DNA from: Promethearchaeota archaeon
GTDB lineage: Archaea; Asgardarchaeota; Hermodarchaeia; Hermodarchaeales; Hermodarchaeaceae
NCBI GenBank assembly: GCA_048938295.1
Contig: JBHLMI010000027.1
Coordinates: 15,427-35,426 of the forward strand
Direction of reading: 5' to 3'
DNA: 20,000 nt
Of the stretch, positions 1 to 9,294 are shown piece after piece. The notes beneath the pieces were generated by a model that worked only from the letters and a program-made list of their open reading frames with translations, was not told the origin of the DNA and searched no databases. How positions within the stretch are numbered: position 1 is the first letter of the stretch; each line of letters opens with the position of its first letter. The translations under genes were made by a program, and so were the position numbers.

Positions 1-3
1 TTT

Positions 4-1236
4 TCAAACCATTACAGAATCTGGGTGTAACCCTACACCCTCTATCCCGTCCACGACAAAAGCTTCCGGGACTGCTTTTCGACCAATATTGTATCCACCA
101 TTAACATCTGCATTTATTATATGACCCTTGGATGAGCGGAATAATCCTCTTTCAATTCTCTTGCCAATATAGCTATGTTGATGTTTGATTGGCTCTTCAT
201 CGAGGAAGCTCACTTTTGAGGTATGACTCTCATCAACTAGAATCAGGTCAATACCTACCATTTTGGCTTTGTATTTTATTTGTCGAACAAGTGTCAAAAA
301 TGGTATGCCTACGAAATTCTGGTTTATCCGCTTACCTAAACCGATGTACTGTTTCCACATCGGATTATATCCAACAACAATTGCTCCAAAACCATGAACC
401 ATGCAATAGGAGATAATCTGGCGAGAGACCTTATGAAAGAAATCGATAATTTTGTTCGTTCGTTTCAGTAACAATCGCTGCAGTCGACGTGTCTGAAACC
501 CTAATCCTTGTTTATCTCGGATCGAAATGAGTCGTGCTCTTTCTTTGTTATAATATTGATTGACGGATTTGATAACCCCGCCTTTAACACGCCAAGGCTT
601 TAACCCTGCGTTGTTGACCACAGTTACAAGATTATTCAGTCCTAAATCAATACTAATAACACGACTTGAATCAAGTTCTAAATCAATAGGGTTTTTCTCA
701 TATACAATTTCTAAAATGTAATGGTTGCCTTTGGGAATAATTCTGACATGACGGAATGATCCACGTATTCGAGTTTTTATAGGCAGTAAATGAGCTTTTT
801 TCGGAAACCATAGAAGCCCGTTTTTGATATTACATTGTTGATTTGTGAAGATTATGAGAGTTTCTCCATTTTTCGGTTTGTATCGCGGTAACCTTGGGCG
901 CCCTAAATATTTCTCTGGATGAATCTTCCAATCCTTAAGAGTAATAAAGAAAGCCTTCCAATTCTGGTCTAGCCGACGAAGTACTTGTTGAGCAGTCTGT
1001 AATGGAAGGTTTCGATATGCACTTGTGGTTTTTAGTAGACTATACAATTCTCCATATCTAATCCAACGACCTTGAAAAATGAAAGTTTGACGAATGTGAT
1101 AATTAGCTAGATTATAGAGGTTCTTTGCTAGGTGGCATAGTTTCGAAATTGGCAGAGATGGGCGAAGCTGAATACGTTCAGTAAGATACGTGTGCCTTCC
1201 TCCCGTAGATCTGATTGTTAGATCCCATTGGCGTTG
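4..1236 (-). CDS. tnpB: TnpB-family RNA-guided nuclease (OrfB_IS605-like). The supplied ORF (TTG start at 1047) is N-terminally short; the same frame stays open to 1236
   Basis: Motifs VISIDLGLNNLVTVV and INADVNGGYNIGRKAV. Reading upstream of the TTG gives TYLTERIQLRPSLPISKLCHLAKNLYNLANYHIRQTFIFQGRWIRYGELYSLLKTT, which has TnpB N-terminal character. Confidence 0.88.
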   Translation of the reverse strand, partial: QRQWDLTIRSTGGRHTYLTERIQLRPSLPISKLCHLAKNLYNLANYHIRQTFIFQGRWIRYGELYSLLKTTSAYRNLPLQTAQQVLRRLDQNWKAFFITLKDWKIHPEKYLGRPRLPRYKPKNGETLIIFTNQQCNIKNGLLWFPKKAHLLPIKTRIRGSFRHVRIIPKGNHYILEIVYEKNPIDLELDSSRVISIDLGLNNLVTVVNNAGLKPWRVKGGVIKSVNQYYNKERARLISIRDKQGLGFQTRRLQRLLLKRTNKIIDFFHKVSRQIISYCMVHGFGAIVVGYNPMWKQYIGLGKRINQNFVGIPFLTLVRQIKYKAKMVGIDLILVDESHTSKVSFLDEEPIKHQHSYIGKRIERGLFRSSKGHIINADVNGGYNIGRKAVPEAFVVDGIEGVGLHPDSVMV

Positions 1237-1429
1237 TTATTAGTGGTAAAGTGGGAGTTAAAGGATAGGGAGAGAAGATGATAAGTGGTTTTAGGGACCT
1301 TGAGGCTGTCTATTAAATATGGTCCCTTTGGTATCTTTATGTACTAGTTCTATCTGCAAATACCAAAATCTCAACATTAAATCCTACACAATCTTTGAAC
1401 TGTGCATAATCTACGAGGCGATACAACGA

Positions 1430-2617
1430 ATGCTACAATTCGAGTTCCTACTTCCTTTCCTTCCATGGCTGCTCATTTTGCTGGCATGGATGGTAATTAT
1501 TGGTCTTGCCTCAGTGTTCAAACTCGAAAAATATGGCGTTGAAGTTGGTCCTTTCATGCTCTTCGCCCGCACGCAACGATTTAACAACCTATTAGATCGC
1601 ATCGGACAATGGCATTCCCGTGCTTGGCGCTACATCTGGTCTTTCTTTATCGGCGCCGGCTTCTTCTTTTCATTATACGCGTTTTACTTCCTAGGATCAA
1701 ACGTGTGGGAATTCGTTAAAGCGGCCCTTGGTCAACCCAGCATGCCAGGAGCAGTTGCTCCTCTAATTCCTGGCGTTACAATGTCATTCAATTTCTTTTT
1801 GATGATCCTAATCCCCCTGATTGTGGCAGTTGTTGTACACGAACTCGCTCATGGTATCGCTGCCCGTGCTGATAATATCCCTGTTGAAAGTTCAGGCCTT
1901 TTCCTCTTCTTAGTCTTCTTCGGTGCCTTCGTTGAACCGGATGAAGAATATGTGAAAACCAAAACAACACGAATACAACGAGCCCGGCTCTACGCTTCTG
2001 GTTCTGGGGCAAACCTTACTGTTGCGGCTATTGCCTTGATCCTGTTGACCTTCATTATAATACCCCTTCCAAGTGGTGCGCTCATTTCACAGGTAGATCC
2101 TGGAACACCCGCATATGGTGTGTTAGTTCCAGGGATGGTCATCATTGGAATGAATGGCACGACTATCCAAACAAACCAAGATATTAGCACCTTCATGGCA
2201 AATACAAGTCCTGGAGATTTGGTGGTATTCACCTTATCAGAAGGCACAATACCTCTAACCCTTGGTACAAACCCAAACAACGCTTCGATTGGATATATCG
2301 GAATCTGGACACGAACCTATTTCCCGTTAGTGTATCCCTTTAGCCTTCTTGGACCAATAGTTGGTACTCAGTTTTATGAAGGGCTGACCTGGTTCTTCGT
2401 GATAACCATTAGTCTAGGTATCATTAACCTCTTACCTATTCCGCCTCTCGATGGTGATAGACTTTGGAAGGAACTCATCGATCGAACTGTTTCGCTAGAA
2501 CGAAAAAGCGGAAAAGTACTCCTTTGGGGACTTCGCGTCACCGCTCTAGCAATACTAATCCTCAACATAATTTTCACCTTTCTCAATCCAGCTCTCTTGC
2601 TCTTCTTCTTTCGTTAG
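1430..2617 (+). CDS. Site-2 protease-like membrane zinc metallopeptidase (M50) with inserted PDZ-like segment
   Basis: HELAHG (HExxH), NLLPIPPLDGDRLW, multiple TM segments, PDZ-like GALISQVDPGTPAYGVLVPGMVIIGMNG. Start chosen at ATG MLQFEF; the supplied ORF opens at 1319. Confidence 0.85.
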   Translation: MLQFEFLLPFLPWLLILLAWMVIIGLASVFKLEKYGVEVGPFMLFARTQRFNNLLDRIGQWHSRAWRYIWSFFIGAGFFFSLYAFYFLGSNVWEFVKAALGQPSMPGAVAPLIPGVTMSFNFFLMILIPLIVAVVVHELAHGIAARADNIPVESSGLFLFLVFFGAFVEPDEEYVKTKTTRIQRARLYASGSGANLTVAAIALILLTFIIIPLPSGALISQVDPGTPAYGVLVPGMVIIGMNGTTIQTNQDISTFMANTSPGDLVVFTLSEGTIPLTLGTNPNNASIGYIGIWTRTYFPLVYPFSLLGPIVGTQFYEGLTWFFVITISLGIINLLPIPPLDGDRLWKELIDRTVSLERKSGKVLLWGLRVTALAILILNIIFTFLNPALLLFFFR

Positions 2618-2654
2618 ATGAATGGAATTTTATTCCACAAACTCATAGCCACTA

Positions 2655-3596
2655 ATGACAATGACAAACGAATGTACGATATGCAAGGCAGAATCAGTTA
2701 TGTCTCGACCCTACTCAGGTGAAGTGCTTTGTGCGCGCTGCTTCAAGGACTCTGTTACCAATGCTGTGCGGATGGCTATTTCAAAGTACAATATGCTTGA
2801 ACGCACAGATCGAATTGCTGTTGGCTATTCAGGGGGAAAAGATAGCACCGTACTCTTAGCGATTCTGGTTGAGATCCAGCAACGTTTCCCTGAATCGGAA
2901 GTCATAGCTATAACCCTCGAAGAAGGCAACAAACAAGATCTTGCACGTCAAGAGGTGTTACAAAGTGTCACGAACACGCTCAAAGTAGAACATATAACAG
3001 CCTCATATCAGGATATGTTTTCCCTTACGCTTGATGAAATCGCGACTCAGGCACGAGCTATACAATCACCCCTCTCCCCATGTGCTTATTGTGGAACCCT
3101 TAGGCGACAGGGACTGAACCTGCTAGCTCGCAAAATTCAAGCCGATAAATTAGCCTTAGGGCACAATCTGGATGATGAAGTTCAATCGATGCTAATGAAT
3201 CTCATTCGTGGAGATTTACCCCGATTATCACGGATTACTCCACACCTGAAGGGTGTTTCTGGCTGGCTAGTACCCCGAATTAAACCCCTGTTTCATATTC
3301 TCGAATCTGATCTTGACCTCTTCGCTAAATTACTTGGGTATCCTGTCTACCATCCCCCCTGTCCCTACAAAGAAACCTCACTTCGCTCTGAATTCCGTGA
3401 ATGGCTCAACATATTCGAAGCCAAACATCCTGGCTCTAAATATAACCTTCATGCTACCTTCACGAAAATCATCGAAACCATTCAACAAGAAGAAGTTCCG
3501 TTCCAAAAATGTCAGAGTTGTGGGGAAATCACATCCCAGCGAATATGTGCAGTATGCCTTCATAAGAAAGCCCTGGGCTTCTCATCATCAAAATAG
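2655..3596 (+). CDS. tRNA 2-thiolation protein, TtuA/Ncs6/CTU1 family (PP-loop ATPase with zinc fingers)
   Basis: CxxC...CxxC N-terminus, SGGKDST PP-loop, CAYCGTLRR, C-terminal CQSCGE...CAVC. Confidence 0.9.
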   Translation: MTMTNECTICKAESVMSRPYSGEVLCARCFKDSVTNAVRMAISKYNMLERTDRIAVGYSGGKDSTVLLAILVEIQQRFPESEVIAITLEEGNKQDLARQEVLQSVTNTLKVEHITASYQDMFSLTLDEIATQARAIQSPLSPCAYCGTLRRQGLNLLARKIQADKLALGHNLDDEVQSMLMNLIRGDLPRLSRITPHLKGVSGWLVPRIKPLFHILESDLDLFAKLLGYPVYHPPCPYKETSLRSEFREWLNIFEAKHPGSKYNLHATFTKIIETIQQEEVPFQKCQSCGEITSQRICAVCLHKKALGFSSSK

Positions 3597-3604
3597 GATA
3601 AGGG

Positions 3605-3955
3605 GTGGACGATGAACCCCGACGGTCGTCAACCCTCCCTGAAGCCGTACTCACAGCCAGGTCTCAGACCCGGATCTCGGAAGCATCTACAGTACAGGCT
3701 TACGCTGCTCCCTCCCGGGCCTAGCTGGTTTCACCCGATAAAGACGATTCAGCCCTTCCTACGAAAAGCCTACCGCCACCAGCGATCCTCCGAGGCGGAT
3801 CATCACAGCCTTAAACAGTGAGTCGTACAACAGGTCAGAAAGCCTAACATCGGCATTCAGCCCGCCGTATAGAGCGTTTGCGGTGCAGGGGAGCCTTAGC
3901 CAGCCCGTAGCGGTGCTGCCGGGCTTCTAGCCCCCCGCCTAGGCTCACCGTCCAC
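3605..3955 (-). ncRNA. Signal recognition particle 7S RNA
   Basis: Minus strand carries the domain IV signature GCTAGGCCCGGGAGGGAGCAGC (3704-3725). The ends close as an 11-bp helix GTGGACGGTGA/TCATCGTCCAC (3945-3955 with 3605-3615). GC-rich; the antisense ORF 3612..3821 is spurious. Confidence 0.88.
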
Positions 3956-3986
3956 TCAGCTCACACAACTCCGCGATATTTAATGT

Positions 3987-4481
3987 TTACTTAGGGCGCT
4001 GTTTTACACGCCAAATCTGAAAGATGTAAACTGGAATAGCAATAATGAAGCATAAGACACAGAACAGATAGATTGTTGAAGACGATGCAAGACCAAGAAA
4101 GGGGTTTACTAGCAGTGGCCAGAATGGCTGCATTTCAGGATACAAGAAGCCGTCTAATACAATATGTGAGTAGGCCCCGATTAGGGCTGCGGCAGTGATG
4201 TTTAACAGCGAAGCTGTTTGCGGGAGAAGGAAGAACGCCATGATCTTTTCAAAGATGCTTCGAAGAAGATAGATTACAAGGACCCCAATTAGAGCTAAGA
4301 TGGTGGCTCCTAAGAAAGTATGAAAGAACAGATGTTGCACTGGTAAACCGAGGAGAAGGAAGGTGAGTGGTTCAATGTCGACGATGATGCTTCCGAGGAG
4401 GATGCTGGGTAGAAATAGGTAGGGAAAGAGTATCAATCCAATCAACAAGCCTGGACCTAAATGGAAGGGGGTAAACGGCAT
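3987..4481 (-). CDS. Integral membrane protein, DUF457/YdjM-like
   Basis: MPFTPFHLGPG...LGSIIVDIEP...AALIGAYSHIVLDGF; multiple TM segments and spaced His/Asp residues typical of this family. Confidence 0.6.
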   Translation of the reverse strand: MPFTPFHLGPGLLIGLILFPYLFLPSILLGSIIVDIEPLTFLLLGLPVQHLFFHTFLGATILALIGVLVIYLLRSIFEKIMAFFLLPQTASLLNITAAALIGAYSHIVLDGFLYPEMQPFWPLLVNPFLGLASSSTIYLFCVLCFIIAIPVYIFQIWRVKQRPK

Positions 4482-4523
4482 TACTTTCAGCCTTCAATGA
4501 AATTTATTGAGTTTAGTAAGAGT

Positions 4524-4608
4524 GGCGCCGAGGACGAGATTCGAACTCGTGAGTCACATGGACACAGACTTAGCAGGCCTGCTCCCTACCAGGCTAGGAT
4601 ACCTCGGC
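4524..4608 (-). tRNA. tRNA-Ser(GCT), CCA encoded, no intron
   Basis: GCCGAGG/CCTCGGC acceptor, anticodon stem-loop CAGGC-CTGCTAA-GTCTG, long variable arm, T-arm CGAG-TTCGAAT-CTCG, 3' CCA. Confidence 0.93.
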
Positions 4609-4647
4609 ACACATTGTGTGCTTTTAAAGCTGCCTTATTTAAGAAGG

Positions 4648-5070
4648 TTATGTTGGCGCCTTCTTGAAAACCGAGTGGACTGTATACTCAGGAATGGCAA
4701 TGATGTAGATAATGTAAACAACGCCAAAGAAACCTTCAATTATTCCCAACACAAGCAGAGCAAACGGTAGTCCTAGAAAGATATAGTACACGAGAACCAC
4801 AGCAGCAATTATTCGAGCTGGAATGTTTGTTATCGGAATGATCAAATGCTGATCCAAATTTCTTGATGCTAAGAGTAAAGCTGAACCAAAACCTACCAGA
4901 AACGCGCCGATGATTTGAAGGAGCGCCGCAGATAGAATTGAAATCGGGTAATTGAGAAGGATTGAGACTATCGGTGAAAAGAAGAGAAAGGTTACAGCCA
5001 AAGCGACGTCATATAACGCTCCAAGTAAAATAAACCGAGTGAACCAACGTTTTTTACTGCTATTCGTCAT
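4648..5070 (-). CDS. Small integral membrane protein of unknown function
   Basis: Several hydrophobic segments. The first residues of the supplied ORF (5154-5071) overlap tRNA-Val, so MTNSSKKRW is the likely start. Confidence 0.6.
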   Translation of the reverse strand: MTNSSKKRWFTRFILLGALYDVALAVTFLFFSPIVSILLNYPISILSAALLQIIGAFLVGFGSALLLASRNLDQHLIIPITNIPARIIAAVVLVYYIFLGLPFALLVLGIIEGFFGVVYIIYIIAIPEYTVHSVFKKAPT

Positions 5071-5120
5071 GTAAAAACTCCGTTTCAGTGTCTTTAATAT
5101 GCCGTAGTAAAAAGGTTCTT

Positions 5121-5229
5121 TGGTGGGCCGAGAGGGACTCGAACCCTCGACCATCGCGGTGTAAGCGCGATATCATAGCCCTCTAGTCTAAGAGAATATC
5201 CTCCTCTCAGATAGCTAGACTATCGGCCC
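5121..5229 (-). tRNA. tRNA-Val(TAC) with a 32-nt D-loop intron (5181-5212), CCA encoded
   Basis: GGGCCGA/TCGGCCC acceptor; anticodon arm TCGCG-CTTACAC-CGCGA; T-arm GAGGG-TTCGAGT-CCCTC. Removing 32 nt gives a 77-nt tRNA. Confidence 0.93.
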
Positions 5230-5296
5230 TGCCTGTTGTGTGATGTTTAACGCCCCCCTAAAAAAGGCTTCTTGAAGACAAAAGTTGAAATCGAAT

Positions 5297-5806
5297 CTAG
5301 TTGTGTTTCATCTCTTGCTCAAGCGCCTCAATCTGTGTTTTAAGTAACTTTATGATTTGTAGATTGTCTACATGAACCAGCTGGCCATTACAAGTAGGAC
5401 ATTTAAAGGCGTTAGCCATAGCTTCATCAAAGGTATGGCGGGGACAGCCGTTGTTCTTACAATGGTAAAACGTGTTTTCTGTCTCGTAGTGGAGTCGTTG
5501 TTTTAATCGTTCAAGGACCTTTGTCTTTTTCTCATGGAGCAGGTCATGTATGCGATCAGGTTCCAGTATCCAGTAGTAGACAAACCATCCGGTTTGTTTA
5601 TCGCGGGTACGGCGATAAGACGCTAGATGAAGATCATAAAGTTTGTAAAGGATCTTTCGAACAGCATTGAGGCGCATACCAGTTTCGTTAGCAATCTCTT
5701 CGTCCGTCGTTTCTTCATCTTCTTTTAGGCGAGAAACCACTTCAAACGCGTCTTCACCGGCGAATTCAATAACAACCTGCTTAATTAGCATCTCACGTCC
5801 AGACAT
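5297..5806 (-). CDS. tfe: Transcription factor E subunit alpha (TFE, TFIIE-alpha homologue)
   Basis: Winged-helix DEEIANETGMRLNAVRKILYKLYDLHLASYRR followed by zinc ribbon CKNNGCPRHTFDEAMANAFKCPTC. Confidence 0.92.
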   Translation of the reverse strand: MSGREMLIKQVVIEFAGEDAFEVVSRLKEDEETTDEEIANETGMRLNAVRKILYKLYDLHLASYRRTRDKQTGWFVYYWILEPDRIHDLLHEKKTKVLERLKQRLHYETENTFYHCKNNGCPRHTFDEAMANAFKCPTCNGQLVHVDNLQIIKLLKTQIEALEQEMKHN

Positions 5807-5866
5807 AGATTTACGTATAACCTAACCTTGCATTGAATAAAGACCTTTTCGTTTAACAAACAAAAG

Positions 5867-6439
5867 TCAAGGATTAAATCGCTCAGTTTTTTCTTTAGAT
5901 TCGATTATCCGTTTCCCATGTGGAGTTGGGTCGATTCGTAGCACTGCATCAGGGAATTTCCTGCGGAGCATTTGCCCTTCAAATAGCCGGTCTAAAAAGA
6001 TCGAAAGGGCTGCAACTTCGCTATGGGGTTGATGACCAACAGCTACATTGTAATCAGCTAACTGGTATACTTGGTTCGGAACCTTAGGACCTCCTACAAC
6101 AACGAGTTTTGGTTGCCGTGAGCGGCGAATATCGTGAATTACATCATCAACATGAAGTCCGTACATGGTAAGATGAATGACCTCACCTTTCTCCTCCTTC
6201 CATTGATGAACCCGCGTCTTCCATTTGACACCTGTAAGTACTTTGAAATCCCTATTTCCCCATTGATTAGAAACCTGCCGGATTGTATCCTCGATATTCG
6301 GATCCTTAAGGCCCGCTGACCAAAACTCACTCGCACCAAATGCACGGGCCGTTAATCCCACATGAGTTGTAAGACGTTTATCACGCTCGGGACGGTGATC
6401 CAGCTTGAGTACAGTAATTCTCCATCTAGGCACGCTCAT
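5867..6439 (-). CDS. trm56: tRNA (cytidine(56)-2'-O)-methyltransferase
   Basis: ITVLKLDHRPERDKRLTTHVGLTARAFGA, HLTMYG and VVVGGPKVP motifs characteristic of aTrm56 (SPOUT). Confidence 0.92.
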   Translation of the reverse strand: MSVPRWRITVLKLDHRPERDKRLTTHVGLTARAFGASEFWSAGLKDPNIEDTIRQVSNQWGNRDFKVLTGVKWKTRVHQWKEEKGEVIHLTMYGLHVDDVIHDIRRSRQPKLVVVGGPKVPNQVYQLADYNVAVGHQPHSEVAALSIFLDRLFEGQMLRRKFPDAVLRIDPTPHGKRIIESKEKTERFNP

Positions 6440-6483
6440 CCGAATATCCAGCCAGTTACAAATCCAAGTTCTTACTTAACAAT

Positions 6484-6990
6484 CTATTTAGAAGGAGGTT
6501 TTTTGCGTCGGATCTGAACAACATCTCCGAGTGTTGCTGAACTTTGAGAAGGTACCGGAGGAAGGTCAACTGATTCCGCTTCCTCAAGTAAGGTCAATTT
6601 GAACAGTCGCTCTAATTTCCGCGCTAAACTAATTGTAGGAGCCATTTTGCCACTTTCAACTTTTGTGATAACTGATGTTCGCTCATTTAGAGCACGAGCA
6701 ACGTCCTTTTGAGCCATTCCTCGCTGCTCACGTGCTTTTCTGATAAGTTTAGTAAAGTTTTCTACAGGTACCAATTCATGCCGTGACTCCCGAGGTGGTC
6801 CAGGTCGCACTTCGCGAGGTATATGAACAGGCCGGCGTTTCAGTTCTGATGAGGGTTGATATACTGGCTTCTTCTGCTGAACTGGTTTTCCTAGCTCAGC
6901 ACACCGATTGCAAACATGCAGGTGGGCACCCTCAAGAGCGATTTCCCTTGTCGAATGACACTCACGACCACAAATCTCACAGGTTGGCAT
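6484..6990 (-). CDS. Archaeal multiprotein bridging factor 1 (zinc ribbon + HTH)
   Basis: CEICGREC...CNRC, then HTH LIRKAREQRGMAQKDVARALNERTSVITKVESGKMAPTI. Confidence 0.9.
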   Translation of the reverse strand: MPTCEICGRECHSTREIALEGAHLHVCNRCAELGKPVQQKKPVYQPSSELKRRPVHIPREVRPGPPRESRHELVPVENFTKLIRKAREQRGMAQKDVARALNERTSVITKVESGKMAPTISLARKLERLFKLTLLEEAESVDLPPVPSQSSATLGDVVQIRRKKPPSK

Positions 6991-7131
6991 TTTCTACAAT
7001 CGCCACCATTCTATTCATTACCCGCCACAATCTAAAAAGTTCTTTTCATTTTATTAATCTCACAGAAGGTCTACAACTTCTGGTGGAGTAATAAAAAAAG
7101 CTTTTAGCGCGTACTACTCAGAGAGCTTGCA

Positions 7132-8337
7132 ATGACCGATTCAACAGATTTACGCAAGAAAGTGGTCTCATCTGACGATTACATGAGTTTAGCTGAACGG
7201 ACAATTTTACTTGAGCAACGTGTTCGAGAACTCGAATTGGAGAGAGAACAACTTACAGCAGAACGAACACGACTAGAAAACGAAGTTCGAATACTTCAAG
7301 CGGAACTCAATAAGTTACGTCAACCACCTTTGGTCTCTGCAACTGTAATTGATGTTCTTGACGATGGGAGGGTCATTGTCAAGAGTAGCACGGGACCCCA
7401 GTTTGTAGTTAATTATCCAGAATCGATAATCGGGAGCCAGCTTGAGTCGGGAGCTAAAGTGGCATTGAACCAAAGAACTTTGGCGGTGGTCGATGTCTTA
7501 CCAATATCCATCGATCCCTTTGTTCAAGCTATGAACGTTGAAGAAAGTCCAGATGTCACCTATAACGATATTGGCGGGTTAGAAGAACAAATCGAAGAAA
7601 TTCGTGAAACTGTTGAACTTCCGCTTCTTCATCCAGAACTATTTGAGAAGGTGGGAATCGAGCCACCAAAGGGCGTACTTCTCTGTGGCCCTCCTGGAAC
7701 CGGAAAAACTCTTCTAGCCCGCGCAGTTGCTCATGAAACGAAGGCAACATTCATTCGCGTGATTGGTTCTGAACTCGTCCAAAAGTTCATCGGTGAGGGG
7801 GCAAGAATTGTCAGAGAGATTTTCTACATGGCTCGCAAACGAGCACCCAGTATTGTCTTCATCGATGAATTAGATGCCGTTGCGAGTCGCCGCCTTGATA
7901 TCGCAACGAGTGGAGACCGAGAAGTTCAAAGAACACTCATGCAACTACTTAGCATGCTCGACGGATTTGATCCACGAGGTGACGTACGTATACTCGCAGC
8001 AACCAATCGTCCTGACATCCTTGATACTGCTCTTACACGACCTGGAAGGTTTGATCGAATCATCGAATTTCCATTCCCTGATAAAGAAGCTCGTATTCAA
8101 ATCCTTAAGATACATATGCGGAACATGAATATCGAATCAGATGTGGATATCAGTCTGCTTGCCTCAAAAACAAATAGCGCATCTGGAGCAGATTTGAAGG
8201 CAATATGTACCGAAGCTGGAATGTTTGCTATCCGTGAACTTCGTGATTCAGTTCGAAAAGAAGATTTTGATAAGGCTATTAGCAAAGTCTTAGGCATGAT
8301 TAGCGACCGTGGTGACGCGACAGACATTTATGGATAA
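7132..8337 (+). CDS. pan: Proteasome-activating nucleotidase (PAN), AAA+ ATPase
   Basis: N-terminal coiled coil, OB-like region, [16 protein letters not shown], Walker [41 protein letters not shown]. Confidence 0.95.
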   Translation: MTDSTDLRKKVVSSDDYMSLAERTILLEQRVRELELEREQLTAERTRLENEVRILQAELNKLRQPPLVSATVIDVLDDGRVIVKSSTGPQFVVNYPESIIGSQLESGAKVALNQRTLAVVDVLPISIDPFVQAMNVEESPDVTYNDIGGLEEQIEEIRETVELPLLHPELFEKVGIEPPKGVLLCGPPGTGKTLLARAVAHETKATFIRVIGSELVQKFIGEGARIVREIFYMARKRAPSIVFIDELDAVASRRLDIATSGDREVQRTLMQLLSMLDGFDPRGDVRILAATNRPDILDTALTRPGRFDRIIEFPFPDKEARIQILKIHMRNMNIESDVDISLLASKTNSASGADLKAICTEAGMFAIRELRDSVRKEDFDKAISKVLGMISDRGDATDIYG

Positions 8338-8364
8338 CCTGTTGAAAAGAAGACGAGACAAGTC

Positions 8365-8847
8365 ATGTCGCTAATCAATGAAAGGCTGTACCGAGTAAGG
8401 GGAATTGCCAACTACCAATTTCGTGCCGCAATCGGGCACATAGTTTTTCCTGACAATTGTCATGTGGAGATTTCAAAAAGTACTAGGCGGATTCGCCGGA
8501 TTTTTCTTGACGCACAGATTCTTGCTACTGTTCGCGCACATGACGGATTCCTTGTTCTCACCATCGAAGGGGCTAGACGTTTGCACAACGCATTACCTTT
8601 CCCCAAACTCAGAGTAGTTGTGATCCAAGAGATAGCTCCATTCATTTCAAAGGGTCGTAGCGTCTTTGCCAAACACGTCAAAGCAGTAGATCCACAGCTT
8701 CGCGCTGGTGATGAGGTAATAGTTGTTGATGGTCAAGATAGATTGCTTGCGGTAGGAAGGGCTAGTCTTAGTCCTCAAGAAATGTTAGATCTAACCCGTG
8801 GAGTGGCTGTAAAGACCCGTCACTCGACTGGTAAACAAAAAAGCTAA
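8365..8847 (+). CDS. PUA-domain protein
   Basis: C-terminal PUA sequence VFAKHVKAVDPQLRAGDEVIVVDGQDRLLAVGRASLSPQEML. Confidence 0.8.
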   Translation: MSLINERLYRVRGIANYQFRAAIGHIVFPDNCHVEISKSTRRIRRIFLDAQILATVRAHDGFLVLTIEGARRLHNALPFPKLRVVVIQEIAPFISKGRSVFAKHVKAVDPQLRAGDEVIVVDGQDRLLAVGRASLSPQEMLDLTRGVAVKTRHSTGKQKS

Positions 8848-8894
8848 ATTTGTTCAGCCAATTATGCGATGCTGTAACTGCTTGAGGGATACCT

Positions 8895-9287
8895 TTGGTG
8901 AAAGTAAAGAAAGTAAAATCAAAAAAACGCTCAATGGAACGCCAGATGCGTCGGATGGGTGTTGATTTCCAACAACTTGAAGATGTCACAGAAGTTCTTA
9001 TTCGTTTTCCAGATAGAGAATTAGTTATTCCTGAAGCTCAGGTGATAAAGATGCAGGCACAGGAAGACGATGTCTTCCAAATTGTGGGAAAATCGGAGGA
9101 AAGGAATCTTACAATCTCCGCTGGACCAGAAGAGGGTGCTCCTGCAACAACTGCTCAAACCTTTACTGAAGAAGATGTCCAACTCGTAGCTAGCCAAGCA
9201 AACGTTTCAGAGGATGAAGCACGCGAAGCTTTACGTGGCGCTGAGGGCAACCTTGCAAGGGCAATAATCGCTCTAACTGAAAAATAG
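8895..9287 (+). CDS. nac: Nascent polypeptide-associated complex protein
   Basis: RQMRRMGVDFQQLEDVTEVLI NAC domain and C-terminal UBA FTEEDVQLVASQANVSEDEAREALRGAEGNLARAIIAL. Confidence 0.94.
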   Translation: MVKVKKVKSKKRSMERQMRRMGVDFQQLEDVTEVLIRFPDRELVIPEAQVIKMQAQEDDVFQIVGKSEERNLTISAGPEEGAPATTAQTFTEEDVQLVASQANVSEDEAREALRGAEGNLARAIIALTEK

Positions 9288-9294
9288 ATTCAGT

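Noticed and set aside
3612-3821. ORF of 69 aa on the plus strand
   Set aside because: Lies antisense within the SRP RNA gene; no protein-like motifs.
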